From contig NC_087245.1 in the NCBI RefSeq assembly GCF_037042905.1, positions 22,508,001 through 22,572,000 on the forward strand: DNA of 64,000 nucleotides. Reading direction: 5' to 3'. Made by a program: the position numbers and the translations under genes. Of the stretch, positions 24,701 through 38,800 are shown one piece after another. Numbering within the stretch: the stretch's first letter is position 1; each line of letters starts with the position of its first letter. The notes beneath the pieces are model-generated. The model was not told the origin of the DNA and did no database searches. It was given only the letters and a program-made list of their open reading frames with translations. The stretch is from Lytechinus pictus (lineage: Eukaryota).

Positions 24701-25339
24701 TGAAATCATGCATGTATTATGTTGGATTATATGATTAAATACAGCACATGTGTTTTTGTATATGTTGTATATTTTTCCTTACATATTAAAGTGCAATCTG
24801 TTTTTTTTTTTTTTTACACGATCCTTTTCAGTGTGAAAAGACGATTATCAAAGTATACTTGTTTGTACAAGTTCATTATTGTGATGATTATGTTACTTGT
24901 TAGGTAAAGAAAAGTTTGAAATATGACATCACTAGGTTTATTTTTGACAACTCTGATCACTTATATAGGTTAAGTTTATGCAGCTTGTGAAAATTGCAAT
25001 GTATCTGAATCACATTATAATTCTGTAATCATGATTTCTGGAAGCTTTTGTTCATATTGTTGGAAAGTAGTATTTAAAAATATATTGGAGTTGTATTTGA
25101 GAGCACTGGATGGTATTACTAAAGATGTTTTAAGATGCATGAAGGATCCCATTTCATAAAGACACCAATTGCACAATTTCTATAACAAGTTCACTTTCAA
25201 CCATTCATGTTGAATGGTTTCAGTAGCTTGAAACTGTTATTGAAAATGTATGATTGTAACAGGTTATATGAATTTAGCCTCTGTTCCTGGATGCTGAATC
25301 AGATTCACAATCATTTTGACTCCTGTTAGAAAAGTTGAA

Positions 25340-25770
25340 ATCGGGAGAGCATTTTCACCCACATTTCTTGTCTGACAAGTTGTCACGTCTGCCATCTTTC
25401 CTTGATTTAGATTGGCTGAGAAGACTGTTGCTATGGTAACTGTCAGATTTAAATGGATAAAGCGGGGGAGCATTTCGTGAAAGGACTTGTCAGACGTTTT
25501 ATCCGTACTAATGGTGGTTCATAGCCAATCAAAATCAAGGAAAGTTGTCAGATCAGACAACTTGTCGAGCAAAAATGTTGATGAAATGCTCCCAACTTGT
25601 CGCGCGAAAATGTGGAGCGTTTCATCACCATTTTCGCCTGACAAGTTGTCAGATCTGCCATCTTTCCTTGATTTTGATTGGCTATAGAGGCACTGTTACT
25701 ATAGTAACTGTCGGATAAAACAGGACTTGTCGGAAAAAATGTCCGACAAGTCCTTTCATGAAACGCTCCC
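25340..25770. mobile_element. Cluster of three short GGGAGC-TIR MITE copies in alternating orientation
   Basis: Copies at ~25340-25460, 25466-25593 and 25614-25770 share AGCCAATC-AAATCAAGGAAAG and GACAAGTTGTC motifs. Confidence 0.7.
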
Positions 25771-28700
25771 CGATCTGTGCAGATCCCTAACAAATATCTG
25801 AATGAACATTGATGATTTGTCAACTTTTGATAAAGATTTAGGAAAAAAGTAAACACCAACCAGGCTGGCTCTTTTTTGCCATATGTTGCCAGATGCTTTT
25901 ATACATTAGATTAGAAAAATGTTAGTTTACGGCAAATTTCAAAAGTGTAGGGGAAATGGCAAACTGTACAGAAAATCAAATGTGTTGATAAGTTTCAAGA
26001 TCATTTTTCTCAAAGCAGTCATACTAGTAGTATGGTGTACATAAGTTAAGACAATTGGCTATCTTGTTTTGTTGCTTTTCCTTTTTTAATCTAAATCTGC
26101 ATATCATGTACAAAACTACTGGTAGGATTGATCTCTAGAACATTTTGATAAACAGTCTGTTTTGTTTAATAAGTTTTTGTAGTTGAGAATAAAGATGATT
26201 GTTTAACTGAATATATCATTGATCAATATGAATGGATGTTGATGAATAAAAATTCAGTTACTGAGGTATTTACTTGTGTGTGGAAGATGTTAGTTCTCTT
26301 CACATGGCGAACCAAAATTTGAAGTCATAGCAAACCCTCAATGGGCTATCATTATGTTTCATGAAAGTTTAAAGTAAAAATGCTTTATTCACATAATCTG
26401 TTGGCTTTAGAATTGAAATTGTGTTGAATGAATGCACACAAGTGTAATTGCTTGTTGTTTGGTTCTTTGTTTTAAAATCATTCAATTTTGGTTCTAATGA
26501 CAACCATAAGACTAGGTTTGTCAAAAAGTGGTTTTAATTTTTCAGACTACAGGGCTGAATTGGACTGTATACAGCAAGTTTGGAATTGTGTTAGTCTTCT
26601 CTAAAGACCCACTTGTTTATTAAAGCTCAGCAATTCTTTCCGTATAGTGTTCAGACATTGTCAGACAAATAGTCTTTACTTATGCTACAAAATGTGCATT
26701 ACCCGCTTCGGTCCTCAACATTGTCATGAGTTGCGAGGAATATTTGCTTTATTACTCAAGAAAATTATATGTATGACAAGTTCAGTTGTACTTAATTGAT
26801 TAGAATAAATTATAAGTATTCAGAAATCAGAATTTGTATAATCAAGAAATCTATTCTAAATTCATCCATCAATTGATATATAGAGTTAGTACATGTTATT
26901 AGGCCCTTTCACATATATCTAGGTGTACACATACATTTGATAACAAGAATCGTGAATGTGAAGACATTCTAATGATGTTGAATTCTCCTTTTTTCTATAA
27001 TTTTACAAGAAATTTTAGCAATTGGAATATTGGATACATGTTATTCTTCAGAAAGAAAGAAAAATGGTAAAATCTATTAATTGGATGGCTAACTAATGGT
27101 AAAAATGTAGAAAGTGATATTCTTTCCTTAAACTCGTTACTCGATAGAAAATTTATATGAATTTATGTGATAATACAATGTTGGTTACCAAAGTTTTTTT
27201 TTTTGCTGGTTTAGGTACCTATTCATTGATTTTTCTTTTGATATCAGGAATATTAGTTGAATCATTGTGAATGCAAATTCCGAGCAAACTGAGTCAATAT
27301 AATGAATATTCTTTTTAAGTCCTTTGAAGCCAAAGTTTATTAGAAGGGGTGTTGTATTGGTTGCAATGCCAGAGAACTGCATGTAAAATAATGAATTAGT
27401 ATACGTTAAGAATGTAATTACAGAGGCTCCAAATTCATATGACAGACAGGTCCACATACATGTACAAGGAGCTAGAAACATGGGCTCACTTTACAGATCA
27501 CATCCCCCAGTATCAGACCCCTTCCCTATTTTCAAACATGCTCATTGAAATGTGGATATGAGTTACACTAGGCAAACTTTGTAATGTGTTGTTGTGCAAT
27601 GAGGCTCTGAAATTAAGATTGCAAGTTTGTGCAGAAAGAACAGTTTATTCATATTTATTTTGAGCTGGAATGTAGGACTTTAGTCTAGTTGTGTAATAGC
27701 TCCCAGAATGTATGCATTCACTTTTTGATTTCATCCCATTTATCCAGGTTCATGCTTATTCCATTTGGTTTATTGATACATGATGCATCATGTTTATATA
27801 GAGACTGAAGAAACAGCTGTACAAAAATATTATGTTCATAGTCAAGTCCTGACAGTATTAATGTTATGCATGTTATTCGGAAAGTTTAAAATGTATGGAA
27901 GTTATTCCTGGATGTTTGATTTTCATTGATATTATATGTTGAGCAGAGTGTACCACATTCAAATGTTTCAGCTGAGTGTATGACATTAAAATATTTCACT
28001 AAAGAATCAACTATTTTCTGACTTTTTTTTTTCCAAAAAGTGTTCTTAATTTTTGTTTTAGATGTTATTCGTTAGCTGCACTCTTAAATAAGATTAGGAA
28101 ATGTTGTGACTGAATTATCTTCAAGCACTAGTAATTGTATGCATGCAGAAATTTTATCTTTTCTCTAAAAAGTTTGCATATTCTTATCCATACTTCTACC
28201 TATTTTAAGGTTTTTCAGAAGACCTTTTATTCTTGTCCTGATGTCAATTTCCTATGCCACCGGGGACCTGTTGCTGAAAGAGTTTTATTCAAATATATTG
28301 TTTAGTAGTGGGAGAGTTGGTGCTTTGGAGGCTTAAAAAATGATTCCTATTTATATCATGATATAAGATCCTAAGTTCGTAGATCCGAAATTGCTATAGC
28401 TCTTAAAAATCTTCGGTTCACACATGCACCAACAACCCAAAAAAACTTCTGAATGGCAATGCAAAACTTTTTATCAATTTCACTTTTGGCCTTTTATTTG
28501 AATGCTACTATTACAGTATGTCCGATTTGTTTGTTTTTAGTAGCATTTTCAGAGATGCCAGCTTTTTAAATTAAGAATCAGGGAGGATTTCTAAATATTG
28601 AATTATGTACAAGTAGCGTATCCCAAGCGCGAATATTAAAATGATTTTAATTAAAATATTTTTCTGCAATGGGACCCCTACATTAATCAAAATGATATAA

Positions 28701-29160
28701 AGATCATTGATTTTAGGAATAGTTAAGACTGTTTTATAACTAAAACCTGCAGATTTTCTCTCTCGAGGAACATTTCTAATAGTTATTCTTTAATAGCAAA
28801 ACATTACAATTCATGTCCTAATCGTTCATAACAGTCATTCCAATCTTCTTTTTTATTTGGAGGAGGAGTTCGATTTGTGTTCATTCCTGCAAATGTGTAA
28901 AGACAGGTGTTGAGTTTCATGAATTGTGAAATATATATATTTTTAGAATGACCTTAAAATGTGATGAAAGATTCTTATCGATAATCGTAACTCATATTAT
29001 CATTTATTTTTATTTCATTTTATTTTTTAATCATCATCATCATCTTGTATATTTTATTTTATCATTAAATCCTATTTTCCTTTAATATTTCTTTTTCAGT
29101 TTTTCAAAAAAAAGAAGAAGATAATACATACACCTTATATCTGCAGACAAAAGACAATGA

Positions 29161-29478
29161 GGCCCGTATTCTGAACTCGGGTTTAAATTAAACCCTGTTT
29201 TAAAGTTGCGGTTTAACTATGGAGAGCCAGTTGGGGCACAAATCCCTAACAGTACACATCCAATTTATTAACTCATATGATACCTAAACTGTTCATAATT
29301 GTTTGGGAATTATAAATTAAGTATTTTGAAGTATTTTTCTTCATTATGAAAGCAAACTATTGAACATAAGAAATATACAATAGAAACAGAATTTTTGAAT
29401 ATTTGGCTCCCCATAATTTTAGCACAGAGTTACATGTAGGCCATGGTCTAAGTTAAACCTGACTTCAGAATACGGGCC
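29161..29478. mobile_element. Harbinger-like MITE
   Basis: TIR GGCCCGTATTCTGAA...TTCAGAATACGGGCC, flanks TGA/TAA. Confidence 0.8.
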
Positions 29479-31158
29479 TAAGTCTTGACACAATGTAACA
29501 GAAAAAAAGCTCTTATCCTGGTAACAATGGACTATTTTAATACTGCATCTTGAATATTAGAATCACAGTACAAGAAATACATACAAATGTGCATTTTTCC
29601 TATTTTTTTTTCTTTTCACTTTAATTCAAACACTACATTTCAAAAGGTTCATAAGACAATGGCCAACATTTACCATACCTCCAAATAAATAACTGCATCA
29701 TGATAGGAAATTAACTACACATAAACAATACATATGGAAAACTAGGATGTTTGGTGAAAGACAATACTACAAAGAAATACAATATACCAGTTGGGTCGGA
29801 ATTCATCAAAAGATGTATTACATGATTTAAGTACCCACACAGGAATAAAGCAGGTATGTTGAATACTCAGAAATTTCTTTAAAGGTATAAATGTATTAAT
29901 GAATGAATACACATTCTTAATCAATATGTGTACCATTATATAACTCCCACTTCCCTGATAATATTAAATTGGCTATTACAATCTTTTGGAATTTTGAGTC
30001 AAATAAAATTGTGTGGAGCATGGTCAGAAGACTGTGAAAACATAAGTTCATTTTCCAAGTGTTAAATGTACATTTATATCAAGTTCATAGGATTCAAGAA
30101 ATGCAATTTCTTCATGACTACCTTGACTTTTAGTCGCATGGTGTAATAAATGATGTCTATTCAGTAACTCATGGTACGCGTGCATTGTTACTAAAGATGA
30201 ATAAGAATTAACATTTCATGTTCATGTATAAAATTGCAAAAACCATCCCCATTTATTACAGACTAAATATATATTAATTTCTCTTTGATCATAAATTATC
30301 ATTATACATGTATATGAATACAAAGATTTAGAATACATATTGTAATACAAAAGAAAAGATTACAAAACAAACATATAGAAAACAATACAAAATAAATGTG
30401 AAAAAAGATACAAAAGGAATAGAAAAATCAATGCCTTTAAACATGCAATAGTTAGTGGAAAATAGATTACTTTTACCAGTTGTCTGATACCAAATGGTCA
30501 TAGGTTTTAGTATAAAATATTCATAGGATTACATGTATGCGTTTCTTGAACTTACTTATGCATTAATTTTTTGCAAAATATATTTATATTGATTGCAAAC
30601 TATTACTTTTTACTCATGATTACATAATTAACTTACACCAGCACAACCAAATGAGGTACACTTAATGATATTAGAAAAAAAAAATATTTCAGGCAATTTT
30701 CAGATTGCTAGCACGTTGAATTGAGCAATGGTTCAGACATTTCTCAAATACCCAGGTATTTATTAGTTATTCTATGAGGTACTCCTAATTGCACCATTTT
30801 TTGTATGGAGCCTTTTTAGCTCCAAGATATTTCATAAACTGGGGTAATAAGGACGAAATTGTGCCTTGTCTAAGGGCATTGGTGCCAAAGCAGCCAGTGA
30901 ACTTGGGGACAGGACAAGAGAGTCGAGAAAGCATCCACTATTATACCAGGACAATACTTTTCATCATGTATTGCTATGTATAATAAAAAATGTACTTAAA
31001 CGTTCTTTACTATCGAATTAAAGTAACACAGGATGTGAATGCCAAGTTGTGCTTCATAGATGACACAACTTATGCTCTAGAGACAATTGCTCCCGGCTTT
31101 ATTTCGTCTGAGATATAGGGTTAGTGTTAGGTTGCAATAGGGTTCTATCTTAGGTTTA

Positions 31159-31320
31159 CACCTCAGTCACATTTGCTCTATATTGGCCGTACGGTGAGTC
31201 GAAAACCTTCCTTTATATCATTTTTATTTAAACCACCTATATGTAGCTGGTACGAAAATTTTTATAACGGCTGTTTTTGACTCGTCGTACGACAGCCTTA
31301 GAGCAAATGTGACTGAGGTA
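31159..31320. mobile_element. Short MITE with a TTA duplication, nested in an older TTAGGG-like element (~31060-31426)
   Basis: TTA|CACCTCAGTCACATTTGCTCTA...TAGAGCAAATGTGACTGAGGTA|TTA. The host has gggttag-like repeats and a GCAATTGTTGCCGGAGCATATGTCATGGAACCG end, similar to ~62116-62151. Confidence 0.8.
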
Positions 31321-34300
31321 TTAGGATAGGGTACAGTATTAAATGAAGGGTTGAAGTTGGTCATTCCATTAGTGTGTGGAATTTACAGCGAAGCAATTGT
31401 TGCCGGAGCATATGTCATGGAACCGCTTCATATTCTACAAATCAGCACAATAATATCTGAAGAAAAATAAAAAAGAGTAAGCTACCATCGAGACATCCCA
31501 TGATGCAATTCAATCACCACCTGGCACGTACATTGTACCTTAAAACAACAAAAGTAACGCAAAAACCAATACACCCTGAATAAACAAATTAAATCACTTT
31601 GCTGGACACTTCAACACATCATTGCACACATTACACATGGATGGAAATTAGATGTTGCAGTTAACTAAAGCTATTCCTTGCTTCAAAATACTTTCCATTC
31701 TAACACCCCAAAATAAAAATCCTCCCTAGGATCATTTCCAATGGAGTCTTTTCGCTCGCAACAAAATACAACATGTATTTGGTCATATACACTGCATATG
31801 CTATGGGTACACCAGTTTGTAGTGGTACATTGTAACAAGTTTTCTGAAATTATAGAGCAATACTTGATGCATGCAAATTGAATGATATAGCTCTTTCTAG
31901 GTGCCCATAGCCAAAATGTGTACAAATTAAGATTATTCACCAGAACAATCTACTAATCACTCATGAAGTATTGAATGACATTCAGTTGAGGGTATCAATT
32001 TTTCAAGGGATTTAAAGTTTTCAAGGGACACCTTAGTTTTTAGTTACTTCTCAAAGTGCACCAATTCACTTTACGTGTTAATATATGTGGATATTAAGGT
32101 TCATTTAAGGGATCAACTAACTACAAACTGGCCTGTTGTTATCAATGAACAAGTTCACATAAGCAATTTATTTCAAAATTGTAAGTAGGAAAGCTTAATA
32201 GCAGGGAAAAAACAAAAATTTCAAATTTGTCTTAGCCAACCTTAGACACGTAATACGATACATGAACATGTAGGGCTGACTATGCAAAATTTAAGAGACA
32301 GGGACTTGTGTACTATGGAACAAGTCACAGAACTATCATTACATGATGCAATCATTTGTGAAAAAATAATATCCTTATGAAGTTATGGCAGCTAGAGAAC
32401 ACCATTGAACAGTCTGCAAATACATACTAGAATTATGGCATGTGACCTGGGACTTGTGCTATGTTGGGTTAAAAATAACTTCAGGTATTATTATTAAGTA
32501 CATTCCTGGTTAACATCTCTGCAGAGACTATTTAAGTAGATAATTTACAAGTGCTATTTCAGTTACAAATAACTGTGTAACAATCATGCTAGCTCTACAA
32601 ACATTCATCTATTTAAACATGGAGTGATTTCTTTTTATCATGGATTAGAAGCAGGGATCTTAAAACTATATTGGCAGTGAAACAAAAGTCAAACAAAACT
32701 AAACCAGAGGCTTGGTTCTGAATGACACAATCAGTGCTCAAAATATTAAAATAACTGTTACTTGACAAAAAGTGTGTTTGCCAAATTGCACACCAAAAAC
32801 ATCAAAAGATAGAGTTTCTACCCACTGAATCTTATGACACATATCATCAAATAAGTCTTGACAAGTCAATTGGGAGTCAAAGTGAAAAATAAATCTATAA
32901 CTGTCAGCAGGTTTGCTCAATAATTAGAGCATACATAACACCATGACAAAGTAAGATTCTTTCAATCAGAGTCCATGGCAAGGAACATTGATATGAAATC
33001 CCAAATCCTAACAATATATTAACTGTCTTTTATCCAGAGTATTTACTTGGCCGTATCAACATATATATATATTGCCCCGGTTTATACATTATAAAATACG
33101 TGTAGCATATACCTTGTGACATCATTTCATTACCTAATATCTTGCATAAATATACAGATTTCAACTGTATACCTTGCCTGCATACTGTACGTCAAATATG
33201 AACACTGTACATTGAAGAGTGATGATCACTAAAAAAATGGCTGCTATTATATACAAACAAGTCAAAACCAAATTATGCATCATGAATTCAAAGTGGAAAT
33301 GCATTATTGAGGAATGAGTGGACTCAATGGAGAAAAGGGTTTTGTGATGTGACGACGGAGCACTAAATTATAACTGTACAAGATTGGAAACTGTATAAAG
33401 ACAAAATATCATTACATCACACATACAGAATATATCAAGATCTTTCTGTGTATGTAACACTCTTCACTGAATGTAACAATTTTCTACTGAATAAAAACAT
33501 ATTGCTGCATTAATACATAAACTGAACATTTGTGAATGTATAAGCTTTTACAGTGTATTCCTGAAGAGATCACATTTTTACAATAATTTGAAAGGTAAAT
33601 ATTGGAAAGTTTAATTTGTCTTTTTTCATTTTTTGGCATGAGACAATCTTACACGTACATTTTATTTGAGATTGTAAGTGGGAAAATATTCATGGTATGA
33701 TCTGAAAGTGCATCAAACTTTTTAACACAAATTTCTTGGTCCCAACTGAATATATGATCTTCTAGAATACCACATATGTCTTGGTTTATAGTAATTTTTG
33801 TAGTTTGAAAAATACTCTCTCCTTTCAAGAAAAGGTATGCGTTCAACTCATGCATTGTAAATAGCAGGGATGCAGTCAATGCTGGTAGTTCCGAGTCTAG
33901 AGTCTCTAACAGACTCTGTACATGTGACATGGACCAAGGCTGAAGCCGAGGCCAAGGCTGGCAAAATGTGGCCTCAAGGCTGTCCTCAACAACATCCCTA
34001 GTACATCTGTAAACAGATCTATTTACCCCAGACTGGCCAATTAAATAATGTGATTATTATTTTTTGTTCTACTTTACTTACTTGACTCCAACGATGTTGT
34101 TCTTGACGTTTTTTTTTTTTTTTTGGATACATCATATCTTGGTCTTCTTGGTCTCAAGTGGAAATGAAGTGTGCATATGGAGTGTAAAAGGACTTTGTGA
34201 ATTCTGGCATTATTTCAAGGAAATAGTTGATTACAAACAAGTGCATTATCTTAGTGAAATTCAGGATTCTTTGGGAAATTAAAGGAAACAAATGCAATTT

Positions 34301-34398
34301 ATGAAAAAAAGAACAAAACATGGAATTTCCACACCATTTATCCTCAACAATGGTGTATTCCAACATAAAAGACACTCTAACACTTAAGAATATAAAGT

Positions 34399-34464
34399 CA
34401 AAAAGGGGCCTAAGCTTTCGATCCTAGCAGAATCTTCGTCGGAGGCAAACTTCGTCGGAGGCAA
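34399..34464 (-). mobile_element. Tiny Penelope-like insertion consisting of a minimal hammerhead motif, with a 17-bp direct repeat on both sides
   Basis: ACTTAAGAATATAAAGT at 34382-34398 and 34465-34481. The insert matches 58031-58080 and contains a 16-bp tandem duplication (CTTCGTCGGAGGCAAA). Confidence 0.75.
34408..34446 (-). ncRNA. Minimal type I hammerhead ribozyme-like motif (U4C core variant)
   Basis: The minus strand reads GCCU-CCGACGA-A-GAUUC-UGCUA-GGAUC-GAAA-GC-UU-AGGC: stem I GCCU/AGGC, a 5-bp stem II, and a palindromic AAGCUU in place of stem III. Confidence 0.6.
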
Positions 34465-35694
34465 ACTTAAGAATATAAAGTAATTCACCTAGAAATCAAA
34501 TAATTAATTCATATCATGAACATAGATCAAACACAATCAATGAAACACAGCAAAACAAAACCTTTCTTTCTTTATATTGAGAGTCACAGACCAAGACTTC
34601 TCACTACTTATTTCACAAGTTTGCAAAAATTCAATCTGTGAGAACTCCAAAATAAAAAGAAAAATAACAACAGTAGCACTTATAACAAAACAAGTCAAAA
34701 AGTGAGCAAAAAGTGAGAATTACATATTTCATGATATGGTAGATCAATATTTGGACCTTTCAAGAAGATCTCTACATAACTTATGATTTTAGTTGGTCCA
34801 GAGACAGCTTGAAAACCACAACTCTAATTTTGACGATATGCATCCACATCCAAACATTTTTCAATAAATTAAAAGCTAACGATCATCCAAATAATGCAAG
34901 TCATATATCAACATGATTACAAACTCATTATTGGAATGATGATGGTATGCTAAACACAATAAGTGCTTCAAAATTTTGAAGAATAAATTAATAATCCATT
35001 AACACCACTGTTCCATTATGAATATTTATTGTGCAGCAATGATTACATCACTGGTAAGTGATAATTATTATCATTCTGCCTCTTTGGATATCAACTGTCG
35101 GGCCTTGATTTTCTAGCTCTGTTTTTGTCCATTACAAGTTCCATCTCCGGCAAGTAAATATTTGCAGCATTTCCCTCTATGAATATCAACTGTTGAGCCT
35201 TGGTTTCCCAGCATTACTTGTTGAATACATGTAAGAATAACTCACTTCATAAAGCAGCTCAATGAGCTCATAAATATTGCCATCCAGGTGCTAGTTAATT
35301 AAAGCTTCCTTATCCCCACAACATCCTCCTCTTGCATTTCCATACAGTGAATTGCACATCAATTTACGGACTGGTATATTATTACCAACCATACTCTTCA
35401 TAGAGACACTTTACGTCAAGTCAGTTTATCTCAAGCTTTCATGGAAAGTAGATTAGAATTGCTAACTCCCCCTTTTGTGAGAACTTCTGATAGGTAAACA
35501 CCCTGTAAGTATCATATTTCCACATTGAAAACTGCCCCTCGACAGAGTTGATTAAGACCTGTTCATGCACCAGGCACAAACACGCTCTTCACAAAAAGAC
35601 CGGTACCTCGCACTCAAAGATGAGTTCATATTGCTCCTCATGGCAACCCATCATGTTGAAGATGGGGTTGGGCATCATACTCAAAGAGAGACTG

Positions 35695-35819
35695 TTACCC
35701 CATGTTGTCCAGGACAGTCTGTGCAAGCTGTTTGAGTTGTTCAGGATGAGATGAGGTCAGAATGGTGTCTACCAGTCTGGGTAATGATGATTCACCAAAT
35801 GCTGTCCTGAAGGCTTCCG
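35695..35819 (-). CDS. VAC8: Vac8-like last coding exon (13), 125 nt including TAA
   Basis: ttgcAG acceptor in the required phase 1; [41 protein letters not shown]. Confidence 0.75.
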
Positions 35820-38800
35820 CTGCAATTGATATAGAACCATCGTGAAAGGATGTCAAATTATGATCATTAACATTAAACATAAATGCCAGTAAAGGTAACA
35901 ATCTAAAAATGAACAGAACAGAATCCAATGAAATGATGAAATGTTTGTATGTATATGTATAAATATAAGTGCCAAATAATTCTAAATGTGTACTTTCTGA
36001 GAAATGAGCTAAATGAGCATGAGATAACGAGATGGAACTAGGTGTTGTACATGGCATATCCCTCTAACCTGGCTACATGAGGAAATTATAAACTGATTAA
36101 TAGATCCCTCATTCTATAGTCATCCTTTAGGCCACCTCTTTCGGCTGATTGCTGGTCAATAAAGGTCGATAGCCAGACGTAAATTATCATATCTGATTGA
36201 TACTCATCTGCAAAACTCCCCAAGCACAAACATTAAGGGACAAAAGACACATGGCAAGCATATACAAACCTTTTAGGAGATGAACAATGGTCCAGAGAGC
36301 AATGTGGATAAAGTTTGAATCTGAACTTCTGAGGAAACGGGTAAGGTATTTATGAGTGTTGGAAATATTGAGAGTAATCAGTTCAGACTGCAGACCTAGA
36401 AGGATAATAAAGACAAACTGGCTTTAGGAAGAGTGACATTTACTACCATTGTCATCACCTATATCATAACAAAGTAAAAGTACTTTCCCACCACTTCCAT
36501 CATTGTAAATCATCATCATCACCACTACAACCATTTTACTATGATCATCACAGCCATACTTTTCCTTATGGTATTCAGCAACATCATCCACTGTGATCAT
36601 TATCTGCACCACCACCATCACCACCATCATCATCATCATCATCATCACTATCATCCTCACCACCAACACCACCTTCACCATCACCGCTACCACCCTCACC
36701 ACCATCACCGCTACCACCACCACCACCACCACCCTCACCACCATCACCGCTACCACCATCACCATCACCATCATAATCATCACCCTCACCACCACCACCA
36801 TCACCACCACCACCACCGCCGCCACCACCACCACCACCACCACCACCACCACCACCACCACCACCACCATCACCATCATCATCACCATCACCATCACCAT
36901 CATCAACACCATCACCACCACTGCTGCCATCACAAATAATTTCCTCCTCCTCCTTGCATTCAGTATCACCATCCTCACCATATATATTCTACTATATTCT
37001 ACACCATCAACAATACCAACACTATCATATCTACCGGAGGAAGGTGCGCTTACTGAATAAAGCAAGTTGTCCAATGGTGCCTGCACTGTTATACTGAACC
37101 TCCCTGCTCGGTGAGCATGCTGCTAGAGATACCAATCGGCTGAATACACGCCCCTCACCAACATGGAGTAGTATCTGCTTGGCTTCATCTAAAAACGAGA
37201 GAAAAACACAGAAAACATTGAATTAGATGACTGGTTCTTATGATCTGTGGGTAAGTTGAATTCTAACATGGATACCAAAATCAAACAAAAATCTTTGAAC
37301 AATTGAAGATTTATCTATCAGCATCTTTGATACTTCCACTAACATGAACTGGGTAATAGTGGTTGATTCACAAAACAATCTAATACCAATTTATATTGTG
37401 TTTCGCTGTGAGTGTTGCAATCATACATATTCATACAGTTAAATTCCAGTGTTGTTTTCACTTTTGAAAACAATTTATTTTCTCTGTGAGCTTTGTACAA
37501 GAGAAGTTAACATGAGGCTATAATGCTTATTAGGAACTATGTATAGAATAAGTACCAGTATCAATGGTACAATCAGAAAAACAAGATTCAAAGAGAATAC
37601 ATAAAGAGCAATGGTCATCATTATCTCTTCAGAATTACTTAAATCCACAAAGAGTCAAATATATATTGCTTTCTTTATACTGTCCTTATATCATAATCCA
37701 ATGAAGGAGGGGGTAAATGTTTGGACACCCATGGTAATGCAACAAGACTTACCATTGCCAGCTATGATGGCCAATGCAGCGGTCACTTCCGTCTGGACGG
37801 CAACAGGTGAGGTGGACTCTAAGAACACTGATATCAATCCATCAAGGGCACCAGAACTCAGGATCATCTAAATGGTGATTACATACATGTACGCCAGAAT
37901 TAAACAAAGTATTTCTTTATTCAATTTCCTCATTAAATATACAACATAAGTAATACATATCTAACTTCAATATTTTACAATGTGGGGAATTCATAAAAAG
38001 TCTCAACCTTTTAATAACTCCAAAATAATCATGAGAATTGAAATTGATTGATATTTCTTGAATAAATCTTTAATTAACAAAAGAACATGTTTTTATTTTG
38101 GGGGTCCAACCATCATTTTAAAGTTCTGAAATTCAAAGAAAAATGGGATGAAAATATAATTCAATACATCAAAATATTGCCACTTTCAAGAGAGATTGAC
38201 TCTGTTCTCAATTTTGGGGTGTTTATTATAACTACATGAGTTGGCAGAATCAATCAAATCCATGATATTTCTGACATTTCTAATATTTTTTCCACAGCCG
38301 TCTCTAGTCTTGTTCCAAGCAATCTTACCTTAGTCTTACTCCCAGCAGCTAGATTACGTAATGTTCCTGCAGCATGGCATTGTGCATCCCACATCATGGG
38401 CTGTCTTAGAACGCTTGTGATCTCTTCTAAGAATCCCTCTTCAACTATCGGGATCTACAAGAAAAATAGTTTGTTCAAACGTTATTTAAATGAGTGACAT
38501 TGGTTGCATCGAGCAATTAGGAAAAGTGATCATTGGATATCAGTAAGATTTTTTAAAATCTTTAGTTCAGATTTCATTATTTACTGATATTCTCCAGGAC
38601 AAATATTTAAATTTGAAATGTTGAAGCCTCTGTAAATTACAAACTGTATGTTCAAAACATTTTGGAGTCTTAGAAAATATTGACAAGAAACATAAACGAC
38701 CATTACAAGAACTGGAAGAAAATCCGGGATGATGATAGTTTTCAAACATTTGCATTGGTGTTCACTTCCTTAGTATATAAATATTTGAGAATTTCAGACT

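Noticed and set aside
23470..34000. Short CAGG...CCTG/CCTA-ended segments (23470-23603, 24245-24450, 33865-34000) as hAT MITEs
   Set aside because: The termini are suggestive, but 8-bp target duplications could not be verified, so they were not called.
36424..37086. Poly-His, poly-Thr and poly-Val/Met ORFs (132-220 aa)
   Set aside because: Translations of the CAC/CAT microsatellite inside Vac8 intron 11.
38340..38340. Alternative GTAAGA donor 11 nt inside Vac8 exon 9
   Set aside because: It gives the wrong phase for exon 10; the donor after 38329 keeps the frame.
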